DNA of 64,000 bases from Macrostomum hystrix (GCA_950097015.1 CATNEN010000025.1:5766001-5830000); one strand, 5' to 3'; counted from the stretch's first letter, positions 10,102 through 23,169 are shown. Notes: a model not told the origin generated them from the sequence alone. Numbers and translations: made by a program.

Positions 10102-13100
10102 CTAGACGACCTTCTTGAACAGCGGCATGATGACCAGGATGATGAGTGTAGACGCAGATGCAGCCACCAGGAACAGCCAGAACAGCAGGCGGTCAACAAT
10201 GAAGGCCAGCATTCGCCAATCGTTGATGAGCAGCTGGGCGGCCTCATCCTCAGCCTGCCTGCGGATCAGGTATCGCAGGTGGCGCTGCATCTGATCGTAC
10301 TGCCGGTAGCGCCTGTCCGCTTCCAGCTTGGTCGACTTTCCGCCGTTCGCCTCTTCTGTATCCATGGCAACATCGCGACGCGACTCCTCGTAGCGCTGAC
10401 GCCGTCGATTGGCTTTGCGCTGGTAGCGAGCCACCGAGGACATGCACAGCAGGGGCGCCAGATGGTCGAACAGGAGGCCGCGAAGTCGGCCCGGCACCGG
10501 GCGGTCGTTCGGCCCGACGTGGTGCAGGTGGAGAACGAAAACCGTCAGGACGATGGACAGCGACGTGGTTGACATGGTTACCGTCAAGTAGATGCCTTAG
10601 GAGTTCATTGGATGGGATAATTACTAAAGCAACAGGATGCAGAGCAAAAAAATACATTGAGCATCTGGTTGTATTGAGGGCCGGTGGCACAGCGTTTAAC
10701 GCGTTTGCCTCTCGCACCAAGGTCCCTAAGTTCGATTCCGGGGCGAGGCCGCATTCATTTGGGGCGCAGCCGCGGAGAGAAGGCTTCGGGGCTTGTCGTA
10801 CAATTTACGCCCTTGATAGCCAACCTCCAAGGCACACTGGCTAACGATGAGAAAGTCAGGGCAGATGTACACACTTATGTGAGTGTGCCTGTGTACAGTA
10901 TCTGTGTGCCGTTTGTGCTCAGGAGTCAGCGAAATGGGCAGAATTGCCTCCTCGCTGGCTGCGGGTCTAGTGTCACCAAATGATGTGACATTGCCCGCAG
11001 CCCAGGATTACAGTCTATGGGCTGGGGACGCCACACCCACCCTCATTTATCTATTTAACAGCTGGGTGAACTGAAGCAATGCAGAGTTAAGTGTCTTACT
11101 AAAGCACACACAAGTGGGAGTCGGGAATCGAACCCCCGACATTCAAGTCGTGAGTCCGACTGACCCTCTGACCCTCTAGCAGCAGGCTATTTAGCCTTTT
11201 AACTATTTTCCCCAAATCGAGAGTTTTGAGTCCGTACTCAAGCAGTAGTTGAGACTAGCGGCCAACACAGACTCACCAATAAGTGGGACAAACTCGCTGG
11301 TAGCCGGCATGTTCTCAGCAATGAGCAGCATGAACACTGAGAAGGCCAGCAGCACGGTGATGCCCAGGGTGATCTTCTCGCCTGAGTCCGGTGGCAGCCA
11401 GAAGCCCAGTAGGCTGAGCACAGTCAGCCACAGGCAGGGGAAAATTATGTTGAACAGGTAGTACAGGGTGCGGCGCTGGATTACAATGTGGAACTTGATG
11501 TCCGGGTAGGGCACTGGACTGATGGGATACACGGTCTGAAAGGGTTCAGTTAGTGCAGCACGGATATTGACAACAGCTATAGCTACAGCTACAACTCCTA
11601 GAAACCCTCTCACTACCTGTCATCTCGCTTCCCTACCTGTCATCTCCCTTCCCTACCTGTCATCTCCCTTCCCTACCTGTCATCTCCCTTCCCTACCTAG
11701 CAATCATCTCCCTTCCCTACCTGTCATCTCCCTTCCCTACCTGTCATCTCCCTTCCCTACCTGTCATCTCTCTTCCCTACCTGTCATCTCCCTTCCCTAC
11801 CTGTCATCTCCCTTCCCTACCTGTCATCTCGCTTCCCTACCTGTCATCTCCCTTCCCTACCTGTCATCTCGCTTCCCTACCTGTCATCTCCCTTCCCTAC
11901 CTGTCATCTCCCTTCCCTACCTGTCATCTCCCTTCCCTACCTGTCATCTCCCTTCCCTACCTGTCATCTCCCTTCCCTACCTGTCATCTCGCTTCCCTAC
12001 CTGTCATCTCCCTTCCCTACCTGTCATCTCGCTTCCCTACCTGTCATCTCCCTTCCCTACCTGTCATCTCCCTTCCCTACCTGTCATCTCCCTTCCCTAC
12101 CTGTCATCTCCCTTCCCTACCTGTCATCTCCCTTCCCTACCTGTCATCTCCCTTCCCTACCTGTCATCTCCCTTCCCTACCTGTCATCTCCCTTCCCTAC
12201 CTGTCATCTCGCTTCCCTACCTGTCATCTCCCTTCCCTACCTGTCATCTCCCTTCCCTACCTGTCATCTCCCTTCCCTACCTGTCATCTCCCTTCCCTAC
12301 CTGCCATCTCCCTTCCCTACCTGTCATCTCCCTTCCCTACCTGTCATCTCCCTTCCCTACCTGTCATCTCCCTTCCCTACCTGTCATCTCCCTTCCCTAC
12401 CTGTCATCCCCCTACCTCTCTCATCTCGCTCACAATCATCTCCTACCTCTCCACCTGTCTCCAAACTCAAACCCGTCTCCCCATCCCTGGCCGAGTTAGC
12501 CTCAGTAATTGAGCAAAAAAGCCGCTCGCCTCCTGCCTGTCAACGTCCACCCGCAGCAGGTTCCATTCGCCGCTCTGCACATAGTTGGCAAAGTCCACCT
12601 CCTCCCGCCTGAAAAGATAAATAAATAAATAAAATCGCGCATTTCTACTGATAGTAGGCTTAAAAGTGCATTGCTTACTTTTTAGTGATATTGACTTGAT
12701 AGCCGTCGTAGGTCCACGAGCCAAATTTCATAGTGCAAACCTGATCGTCGAACGGGAAATAGGTGATGTCAATCTTGCAGGTGGATCTCAACTTGGCTGG
12801 CGGTGGCCAGAACACCGTCCCATTGCAGTCAACCATCGCCTTGCTCTGCATGTAGCCAGTGGTGAAGTCGTCAGCACTGCATGGCGGAGACGCGAGCCGG
12901 ATATTTCACAAGCTGGATAATTCACAAGCTGGATATTTCACAAGCTGGATAATTCACAAGTTGGATATTTCACAAGCTGGATATTTCACAAGCTGGATAT
13001 TTCACAAGCTGGATATTTCACAAGTTGGATATTTCACAAGCTGGATATTTCACAAGCTGGATATTTCACAAGCTGGATATTTCACAAGCTGGATATTTCA

Positions 13101-16100
13101 CAAGCTGGATATTTCACAAGCTGGATAATTCACAAGTTGGATATTTCACAAGCTGGATATTTCACAAGCTGGATATTTCACAAGCTGGATATTTCACAAG
13201 CTGGATATTTCACAAGCTGGATATTTCACAAGCTGGATAATTCACAAGCTGGATATTTCACAAGCTGGATATTTCACAAGCTGGATAATTCACAAGCTGG
13301 ATATTTCACAAGCTAGATAATTCACAAGCTAGATATTTCACAAGCTGGATAATTCACAAGCTGGATAATTCACAAGCTGGATAATTCACAAGCTGGATAA
13401 TTCACAAGCTGGATATTTCACAAGCTAGATAATTCTCAAGCTGGATAATTCACAAGCTGGATAATTCACAAGCTGGATATTTCACAAGCTGGATATTTCA
13501 CAAGCTGGATATTTCACAAGCTGGATAATTCACAAGCTGCATAATTCACAAGCTGGATATTTCACAAGCTGGATATTTCACACGCTGCATATTTCACAAG
13601 CTGGATATTTCTCAAGCTGGATAATTCACAAGCTGGATAATTCACAAGCTGGATATTTCACAAGCTGGATATTTCACAAGCTGGATATTTCACAAGCTGG
13701 ATATTTCACAAGCTGGACATTTCACAAGCTGGATATTTCACACGCAGCATATTTCACAAGCTGGATATTTCTCAAGCTGGATAATTCACAAGCTGGATAA
13801 TTCACAAGCTGGATAATTCACAAGCTGGATATTTCTCAAGCTGGATAATTCGCAAGCTGGATAATTCACAAGCTGGATATTTCACAAGCTGGATATTTCA
13901 CAAGCTGGATATTTCACAAGCTGGATAATTCACAAGCTGCATAATTCACAAGCTGGATATTTCACAAGCCGGATATTTCACACGCTGCATATTTCACAAG
14001 CTGGATATTTCTCAAGCTGGATAATTCACAAGCTGGATAATTCACAAGCTGGATATTTCACAAGCTGGATATTTCACAAGCTGGATATTTCACAAGCTGG
14101 ACATTTCACAAGCTGGATATTTCACAAGCTGGATATTTCACAAGCTGGACATTTCACAAGCTGGATATTTCACAAGCTGGATAATTCACAAGCTGGATAT
14201 TTCTCAAGCTGGATAATTCACAAGCTGGATAATTCGGAAGCTGGATATTTCACAAGCTGGATATTTCACAAGCTGGATATTTCACAAGCTGGATAATTCA
14301 CAAGCTGCATAATTCACAAGCTGGATAATTCACAAGCTGCATAATTCACAAGCTGGATATTTCACAAGCTGGATATTTCACAAGCTGGATAATTCACAAG
14401 CTGCATAATTCACAAGCTGGATATTTCACAAGCTGGATATTTTAAAAGCTTTTACCCCAACTAAAATATATTCTTCTTTCTAATCCTCTGGTACGGCAGG
14501 AAACACAAATATTTTTGTGCCCTTGAGCGGTTCGACTGAAACAGTTCGGCTCACAAACGCTTTGGATATTGATAGATCGCCCCATTGGAAAAAATTGGTT
14601 GGCAATCGATCAAACCTAATATCCTATGGGATCTAGAACGGATGGGAGAATTGATAGACAGAAGGGAAATCAGGACACTGGGATTATTCGTCTTAAAATT
14701 TTGCGTGTCGCATTCTAAGAAAGATCTTCAATAGACTATTATTTACTATTCCTATTGTGCTGCTGTGAAAATCTAACTACGCTTGTCTTCCCGTCAAAAT
14801 TTATTAGATGCTAGATAAACTGATTCAGCAATGTACTGAGAAATGTGCGAATATACGCTTCAATGTTACTTTCGTGTTGCAATATTTATTAACATCTGTA
14901 TAATATCACACCAGTCTCACCTGTTGTACAGCACAATGTCACACCAGTATCACCTGTTGTACAGCACAATATCACACCAGTCTCACCTGTTGTACAGCAC
15001 AATATCACACCAGTCTCACCTGTTGTACAGCACAATATCACACCAGTATCACCTGTTGTACAGCACAATGTCACACCAGTCTCACCTGTTGTACAGCACA
15101 ATATCACACCAGTGTCACCTGTTGTACAGCACAATATCACACCAGTCTCACCTGTTGTACAGCACAATGTCACACCAGACTCACCTGTTGTACAGCACAA
15201 TGTCTGGCAGCCAAATCTTCTGGCAGGGCACCCGCAGTACCTGCAGTCCGTTGTAATCATTGGGGTCCCAGTGCAGTCGTTCGTCGTGCCACTCCTGCCG
15301 GTTCGTGAATATCCAATTGTACTTTAACAGCAGAATGACCGCAGGATACCCACACTACTGTTAGTAATAGTGTACTGATGTGAGTTATCTAGCTGGCCAA
15401 ATAAAGATGGCAGCTCGCTTTAAAGCAAATCTCTCACCTGCTCAAGCCAGACATTGGTAGTGAGCACCTGGTTTACTTCGTCCTGAAATAAAGTAAAGTT
15501 TCGTCAATGAGCAGTTAGAAATGAGCAGTTAGATGGACAAACCAGTGGAGTTGACTGTATTGCTCAGGCAAAGCTTTGGCTTCAGCTCAGCTAGGCATCT
15601 AGCGGATTCGAAAGAAATTCTCACTCATCTACCTTTCTGTGGTTCCTCTCACTGCCATTTCATCCCACTCTCCTAATCTCCCACAGAGCAGTGGGTGCCC
15701 GCTGTGAGTAGCCGCCTACCAGCCTATTTGGCCAGCCTTTGTGTGCTCAATGAGTTATTTGGACTGTGTGAGCACACCTGTTCGGTTCAGAAGCATTCCG
15801 TGCCTGTGCTACTGAAGTATGAGAATGAATATTGGGATACTCACAGACAGAAAATATAATTTCAGGCTATTGAATTTACATCATGTGTTTCACCGTCTGT
15901 TGAACTCCCACGCTCTCCCACTCTCAGAATATCCCACTCTCCTAATCTCCCACTCTCCTAATCTCCCACACTCCTAATCTCCCACTCTCCTAATCTCCCA
16001 CTCTCCTAATCTCCCACTCTCCTAATCTCCCACTCTCCTAATCTCCCACACTCCTAATCTCCCACTTTCCTAATCTCCCACTCTCCTAATCTCCCACTCT

Positions 16101-17773
16101 CCTAATCTCCCACTCTCCTAATCTCCCACTCTCCTAATCTCCCACTCTCCTAATCTCCCACTCTCCTAATCTCCCACTCTCCTAATCTCCCACTCTCCTA
16201 ATCTCCCACTTTCCTAATCTCCCACTCTCCTAATCTCCCACTCTCCTAATCTCCCACTCTCCTAATCTCCCACTCTCCTAATCTCCCACTCTCCTAATCT
16301 CCCACTCTCCTAATCTCCCACACTCCTAATCTTCCACTCTCCGAGGCTTCCAACGGTCCTAATCTCCCACTCTCTTAATCTCCAAATCTCCCACACTTTG
16401 AATCTCCTAATCTCCCACCCTACTACTTCCCCCCTCTCATAGTCTCCCACTCTCCACCGTCTGTGAGATCACATCCGCAGCCAATCACAGTGCTGGCTTG
16501 GGCCAACCAACCATATCCGTGATGAGGATGAGCGCAAAGCCGAACTTCACCATAACCTGGCTGGAGGCGTTGAGCACTGGTCTCACGGCTGAGTCGTATC
16601 CGGCCAGAAGCTGTCTCAACAGTGCCTGCTCATCGGGCTCGGGTCCTCCAGTTTTTTTGGGAAATGGATAGAATAGGATAGCTATGTAATAATGATCCCA
16701 ATGGACATACTCACCAACTGGGAGATCTGAATTAGTGCTATCTGAAATCTGACTTCCACCGTGTTCCTAGCGTTAATGGTTGGCCTGGAGGCGGAGTCGT
16801 AGTTCTTCATTAGCGACGCCAACAGGCGCTGCTCGTCTGTGTTGCCATGCGGCTGCTGCTGGCTACTCGCCGGCATAACGCTTAGCAACAGCATAGCAAC
16901 CAGAATTGTGAAGTCACGGGGCATGCTTTTTATCAGGGCAATCTGTCTACTATCGAATCCAGAGAATTTAGGGACTTTATCCCACACCGCATAAACTGGC
17001 CTCTCACCCACCAGTCATTGGCGGAGAGAGCTGGCGGGTTTGGGGAATCGAATTTGCATGAATTTGGCACTGCTTGACGTACCGCCAAATCCGGATTGGG
17101 GAGTACCGCAGACAGGGAAGAGATTTGACCACTGTGAAACTGACTGTGCTGCCGCCACTGCTGTTGCTGCTTAACCGGCAAAATGAGAGGAGACAAAGGA
17201 AAGTGGAAGAGTGGCATGGGAGAGTGGGAGAGTGGGAGAGTGGACAGTGGGAGAGTGGAAAGTGGAGAGTGGGAGAGTGGGAGAGTGGAGAGTGGAGAGT
17301 GGGAGAGTGGAGAGTGGGACAGTGGGAGAGTGGGAGAGTGGGGGAGTATGAGATTGTATGTGTGATGTACTAGTGTTATTTAAGCCGCCAAAATGCCACA
17401 ATTTCATGTTTTTGTTTAGGTCGAAGGTTCATGGCAAGCCGAGTTATTTTTGGTCATGTTTATCGCTTAGATCCAATCATCGTTGATCCATGCATATCGT
17501 TTGATTTATAATTTTTTAAAATCTTGTTTGTTTTAACGGATAAATGGCTTGATAAAATCAGATTTCGTGGGGATATTTTTTGTCGGGTTGTGCCTGGGTA
17601 CCGATTGTTGAATTATGAATAGAGCTGTATTGCTTGAACTTACCTGTTGGTCCTTGCCAATCGCTGGTGGAATTGACCAAGAATTTGTGCTCAACACCGG
17701 TCAGCTTGCAACCGCATGGTCTCAAAGTTGCTCCTAGAAGCAGCAGGAGCTGCAGCAGCAATCTCTGCCGCAT
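10102..17773 (-). CDS. Nicotinic acetylcholine receptor-like Cys-loop channel subunit (cation-type, no vicinal Cys)
   Basis: Phase-consistent exons: [16924-16715] or [17773-17644 + 16645/16681-16512], then 15482-15438 ([15 protein letters not shown]), 15294-15185 (WLPDIVLYN), 12876-12679 (Cys-loop [18 protein letters not shown]), 12608-12530, 11535-11277 (TM1-TM2, [12 protein letters not shown]) and 10595-10102 (TM3, loop, TM4). Confidence 0.95.
10678..11005 (+). mobile_element. SINE family B (tRNA-derived head)
   Basis: Head GGTGGCACAGCGTTTAACGCG...GTTCGATTCC carries A-box and B-box-like motifs; the body is shared with other copies. Confidence 0.85.
11005..11185 (-). mobile_element. SINE family A copy, tail-to-tail with the family B copy
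   Basis: CAGCTGGGTGAACTGAAGCAATGCAGAGTTAAGTGTCTT...GGGAATCGAACCCCCGAC matches 31080-31190. Confidence 0.85.
11615..12410. repeat. 20-bp intronic minisatellite (CTACCTGTCATCTCCCTTCC)
   Basis: About 40 tandem units; explains ORF 11567-12499. Confidence 0.97.
12897..14440. repeat. 16-bp intronic minisatellite (GGATATTTCACAAGCT / GGATAATTCACAAGCT)
   Basis: About 95 tandem units with variant blocks. Confidence 0.97.
14899..15200. repeat. 33-bp minisatellite containing the exon end and splice donor of the nAChR loop-A exon
   Basis: The unit on the minus strand is ATTGTGCTGTACAACAG|GTGA(G/T)ACTGGTGTGA(T/C), about 9 copies. Confidence 0.95.
15930..16400. repeat. 16-bp intronic minisatellite (CTCCTAATCTCCCACT)
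   Basis: Tandem units. Confidence 0.95.
17218..17345. repeat. Short-period (about 7-8 bp) GGGAGAGT repeat
   Basis: Tandem units. Confidence 0.9.
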
Positions 17774-18217
17774 TCCTTGATCCTAATGTCTTGAGTATTC
17801 GCTAAAATCTTCCCAGTCTCACAACTCAAATTATCCCCCTTAGCTGAGTTATGTGCTCAGCATTTATAGAAGAGCTCTGTAATATCATTAGTGTTCAGCA
17901 TCTGTTTGATTGAGCTCTCTATGCTCAACTTGTCAGACTATATGCATTTGCTAAATTTGATAAAAGTATTTCCGCTTTAAGCAGTCCCTCTTGCGATATT
18001 GATTGCTTTTTTGTCAGTCGGATTGCTGACATGATGCATATTGTCCCAACTGAGATTGCAGCTTTTTAACGATTATTAAAGATTCTTAATATCGGATATC
18101 TTTCTAGCTAGGACTACTATAAGTAGTGTAGTGGCCCCCAAAGACATATTCAAATTACAGCTTAAATTGTTTTAAATAATCTTACAATGATTAAAAAGAA
18201 TAATTTATTACTAATCT

Positions 18218-18335
18218 GATCGGGTCAGATGTGCATCTTATCGTAGCTGGTTCCAGTAAAGTCCGTGAATCGAACCCCCGACCTTCTAGTCGGGACTCCG
18301 ACGCTCCAACCAATGTGCTAAAACCTCCTAGCCTA
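18218..18335 (-). mobile_element. Internally deleted SINE family A copy
   Basis: GGGTCAGATGTGCA (tail) joined to GAATCGAACCCCCGACCTTC...TCCGACGCTCCAACC (head). Confidence 0.6.
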
Positions 18336-18344
18336 AAGCTAGTA

Positions 18345-18830
18345 TGCAAGGGCTATCCCAAAAATAAGCTCCAAAATTATTCATTCCTGAATCGATATGT
18401 CTATGGCATTAAGTCAAACGGCTTCGTTTGCAAAGGATTTACACTAGAATCCCCACAACATCAGAGATTTATGAAGAGCTTGGACAAGTTCTGAAAGAAT
18501 ATTCTCCATCAAGAAGCATATCTCCTTGAAGGTGATACACATCGCCTTCTTTGACATCCATGGGGTCCTGGTGGACTAGCCAGTGCCAATCGTCACCAAG
18601 GTGAATGCAGAATATTACCGATGGGTACTGCAAGAAAAATTGGGGCCCGCCAGCAGGAAAATGCGACCTGGTTTGCTGGAGAAAGACGTGATTTTAGACT
18701 TCCCAGAATGAAGGACAGTCTTCGTGGTCAACATTTTGCCTCTGTGGAGCAGATTAACAGCAATGCTTCATCAGCTTTGCGGCATCTGGCAACCGTAAAC
18801 TAGTGTACATAGCAATGAAGACACGGAAGA
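18345..18830 (+). mobile_element. Mariner transposase relic (stop codon and internal deletion)
   Basis: Translation KVIHIAFFDIHGVLVD*PVP..TKVNAEYYRWVLQEKL...RPGLLEKDVIL, followed by FPRMKDSLRGQHFASVEQI; the HDNA-YSPDL segment is absent. Confidence 0.8.
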
Positions 18831-19010
18831 AAGATTGCTTACCATGATTGAATGGTCATTGCCAAAATGGATGCATCTGCGATTTACTAAAGCAACTGTA
18901 CTTGTGTACTACAGAAGGATTAACTAATTAGCATGATTAAGAATAAGGAATATAATTTAGTGTGCATTGTTCTGTGAGTTGAACATGTTGACGTGACTTT
19001 CCATCGCGAG

Positions 19011-20097
19011 TCATAACTCGGCAGTTCCCAGCTGCCTTTCAACATGGTCGGCGTCTCCCTGGCCAGACGGTGCCGCCCGATATCGCCGACACGGCGGACA
19101 GACGCCGGCGCGAAATTGGCGCGCGAACAGCGCGAACAGGGCTACGCTGAGGATTAGCAGGCCGACGCAAGCCGCTGGCAACAGCGGCTGGGAGCCGCTC
19201 ATCGACTTGACGAGCTCCGGGCGAAGGCAGGCCGACAGTGTCATCAACAGCAGCGACAGCAGCGAAGCCAGCGTCAGGTAGCGGCTGCCGTGCAGCAGGG
19301 CTAGCAGGAGGTCCGGGCCAGAGTCGGGGAACAGGGGCCGCTTGCACAGGTCGCAGAGACGGCCTTGGCGGCTTTCGAAAGTCTGCGGACAGTGGCGCCA
19401 AAATGCTTTGGAACAGAATGTCTTAGCGCGGATGATTTGAGGACAATTATCCCACTAACGGTTGTGAAACTAAAATGCTCATCAGAGAAATTCACTTTGT
19501 TTCAATCTTCATCAACTAAAATATATTCATTTTCAAACACTGTCGCAGATATAAAAAATACTCAAGCACGACATAAGGAATATCCTCACATTCCACAACA
19601 CTCCCATCAACAATATCCCCATTGTCCAACACTCCCTCAACAATATCCCATTCTCCAACACTCCCATCAACAATATCCCCATTGTCCAACACTCCCTCAA
19701 CAATATCCCATTCTTCAACACTCCCATCAACAATATCCCCATTCTTCAACACTCCCATCAACAATATCCCATTCTCTAACACTCCCCTCAACAATATCCC
19801 ATTCTTCAACACTCCCATCAACAATATCCCCATTGTCCAACACCCCCTCAACAATATCCCATTCTTCAACACTCCCATCAACAATATCCCCATTCCCACC
19901 TGCAGGCAGTGGAAGCACATGAATCCCACGGTTCCCACACTGCAGCTGCATTCCAGCTGGAAGAGGGCATTCGGCGTGCCGCCGCAGGTCACGGCACGCA
20001 GGAAGCCGCAGAGGCCGCCGTCGACCTCCGCCTTGGACTGCAGGCAGATTCGACAGGTCTCCGCCCCTGACGCTGAAAAATTTGACGGCGACTTCAT
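19011..20097 (-). CDS. RING-CH/MARCH-like membrane E3 ubiquitin ligase (variant RING plus two TM helices)
   Basis: Exons 20097-19900 (CRICLQ...LECSCSVGTVGFMCFHCLQ) and 19421-19011 (…RLCDLCKRPLF, then two hydrophobic helices), phase 0. The 5' end may extend upstream. Confidence 0.8.
19575..19895. repeat. ~30-bp intronic minisatellite (CAACACTCCCATCAACAATATCCC(C)ATT..)
   Basis: Tandem units starting about 6 nt after the donor. Confidence 0.95.
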
Positions 20098-20244
20098 GGC
20101 GTCGAAGAAGTTGCCCCGTCCCGCAGCTCGTTTGCCGTCTTCTATTGAATGAATGCGCGTTGGATACTACTCAGAAAGCTGGACAGTAGCCTACTGCTTG
20201 TTTGCGTTGATAGACAATACTATAGAGTAGGTTCTTTATGCTTC

Positions 20245-22300
20245 TCCACCCTGCATCTCTACTAGTTCCTTCCCTCCCTACATCTTTACTAGTTCCTACT
20301 GTCTCTCCCTGCATCTTTACTAGTTCCTTCCCTCCCTACATCTTTACTAGTTCCTACTGTCTCTCCCTGCATCTATACTAGTTCCTACTGTCTCTCCCTG
20401 CATCTCTACCAGTTCCTGTCTCTCCCTGCATCTCTACTAGTTCCTTCCCTCCCTGCATCTATACTAGTTCCTACTGTCTCTCCCTGCATCTATACTAGTT
20501 CCTACTGTCTCTCCCTGCATCTATACTAGTTCCTACTGACTCTACCTGCATTTCTACCAGTTCCTGTCTCTCCCTGCATCTCTAATAGTTCCTACTGTCT
20601 CTCCCTGCATCTATACTAGTTCCTGTCTCTCCCTGCATCTCTACTAGTTCCTGTCTCTCCCTGCATCTCTACTAGTTCCTGTCTCTCCCTGCATCTCTAC
20701 TAGTTCCTACTGTCTCTCCCTGCATCTATACTAGTTCCTACTGACTCTACCTGCATCTCTACCAGTTCCTGTCTCTCCTTGCATCTCTACTAGTTCCTGT
20801 CTCTCCCTGCATCTCTACTAGTTCCTGTCTCTCCCTGCATCTCTACTAGTTCCTGTCTCTCCCTGCATCTCTACTAGTTCCTACTGTCTCTCCCTGCATC
20901 TCTACCAGTTCCTGTCTCTCCCTGCATCTCTACTAGTTCCTGTCTCTCCCTGCATCTCTACTAGTTCCTGTCTCTCCCTGCATCTCTACTAGTTCCTGTC
21001 TCTCCCTACATCTCTACTAGTTCCTACTGTCTCTCCCTGCATCTATACTAGTTCCTACTGACTCTACCTGCATCTATACTAGTTCCTACTGTCTCTCCCT
21101 GCATCTATACTAGTTCCTACTGACTCTACCTGCATCTCTACCAGTTCCTGTCTCTCCCTGCATCTCTACTAGTTCCTACTGTCTCTCCCTGCATCTCTAC
21201 TAGTTCCTGTCTCTCCCTACATCTCTACTAGTTCCTACTGTCTCTCCCTGCATCTATACTAGTTCCTACTGACTCTACCTGCATCTCTACCAGTTCCTGT
21301 CTCTCCTTGCATCTCTACTAGTTCCTGTCTCTCCCTGCATCTCTACTAGTTCCTGTCTCTCCCTGCATCTCTACTAGTTCCTTCTCTCCCTGCATCTCTA
21401 CTAGTTCCTGTCTCTCCCTGCATCTCTACTAGTTCCTGTCTCTCCCTGCATCTCTACTAGTTCCTGTCTCTCCCTACATCTCTACTAGTTCCTACTGTCT
21501 CTCCCTGCATCTATACTAGTTCCTACTGACTCTACCTGCATCTATACTAGTTCCTACTGTCTCTCCCTGCATCTATACTAGTTCCTACTGACTCTACCTG
21601 CATCTCTACCAGTTCCTGTCTCTCCCTGCATCTCTACTAGTTCCTACTGACTCTACCTGCATCTATACTAGTTCCTACTGTCTCTCCCTGCATCTCTACT
21701 AGTTCCTACTGTCTCTCCCTGCATCTCTACTAGTTCCTGTCTCTCCCTGCATCTCTACTAGTTCCTGTCTCTCCCTACATCTCTACTAGTTCCTACTGTC
21801 TCTCCCTGCATCTATACTAGTTCCTACTGACTCTACCTGCATCTCTACTAGTTCCTGTCTCTCCCTGCATCTCTACTAGTTCCTGTCTCTCCCTGCATCT
21901 CTACTAGTTCCTTCTCTCCCTGCATCTCTACTAGTTCCTGTCTCTCCCTGCATCTCTACTAGTTGCTGTCTCTCCCTACATCTCTACTAGTTCCTACTGT
22001 CTCTCCCTGCATCTCTACTAGTTCCTACTGTCTCTCCCTGCATCTATACTAGTTCCTACTGTCTCTCCCTGCATCTCTACCAGTTCCTGTCTCTCCCTGA
22101 ATCTCTACTAGTTCCTGTCTCTCCCTGCATCTCTACTAGTTCCTGTCTCTCCCTACATCTCTACTAGTTCCTACTGTCTCTCCCTGCATCTATACTAGCT
22201 CCTACTGACTCTACCTGCATCTCTACCAGTTCCTGTCTCTCCTTGCATCTCTACTAGTTCCTGTCTCTCCCTGCATCTCTACTAGTTCCTGTCTCTCCCT
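20245..22300. repeat. 28/31-bp minisatellite (CTACTAGTTCCT[ACT]GTCTCTCCCTGCATCT)
   Basis: About 2 kb of tandem units with higher-order variant patterns. Confidence 0.97.
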
Positions 22301-23169
22301 ACAACTTTCCTCCTGTCTCCCACTGTGGTCTCAGCCTCGTCTCTCGGCCTTGAATCGCAGCTCCATGCACTGGCTTACTTTAGCTTCCAGTTTTATCACC
22401 CTAATTTGCATGTTGCAGTATCTAGGCCCGGTGAATATTAATAAGTGGACGCATAATTAAATAAATAATTTATTGCTGCAACTTCTTGAGTCAAGCATTG
22501 ATACAACTAAACAGGACTTTGATCTAAGCACGTTTCCTTTAGATTTGGGCACCCCCTCTTAGGTCTCATTGCACTATTTCTACATTGATTTTATAAGTTC
22601 TGTGGTTACAGTTCATGATAGCCGAACGTTGGATTAAATTCAACAAGAATAAGTCGCGTAAGTATTTTCTTTATCACTGTACGCTGCAGGGCTTGCAATG
22701 TGATTTGAAATCAGCCAATAGCCTGAATGAACTAAAGTTATTTTGCTGTCTTCTAGCGGGTGTCTGTAATTTCCTCCATTTTTTAAGCCATTTCTGCTGC
22801 GATGGAAATTTCCCATACGATCTTCTGATCTTGACTAAACGGGAAAGCAACAGGAATTTTCCTATTATCCTGAAGTACATTTCAGGCTTTGGGGTCAGTC
22901 ATTGAAGAGGGGGGTGTGGCTGTCGTGTTGCAGGACGGGGTCTTCGGTGCGCAAAGCGCAAGCATACTAGCAGTGTGAGTGACACACGAGCGGAGGTGGG
23001 GTGGTTGTGCAGGGCCGATTGCACTATCAAGGAATACCAGTCAGGTCTCTAAGCATAAACCTACACGCAATTGAGTTGTAACATTGTAAGCTCACTTTAC
23101 GCTCGTAGTTAATGTGCGTGGCTTTCAGTATGTACCGTTTAGTTTACCAAATCAGTTAGATCATGCGAG

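Noticed and set aside
11567-12499. 310-aa ORF
   Set aside because: Translation of the 20-bp minisatellite, antisense within an nAChR intron
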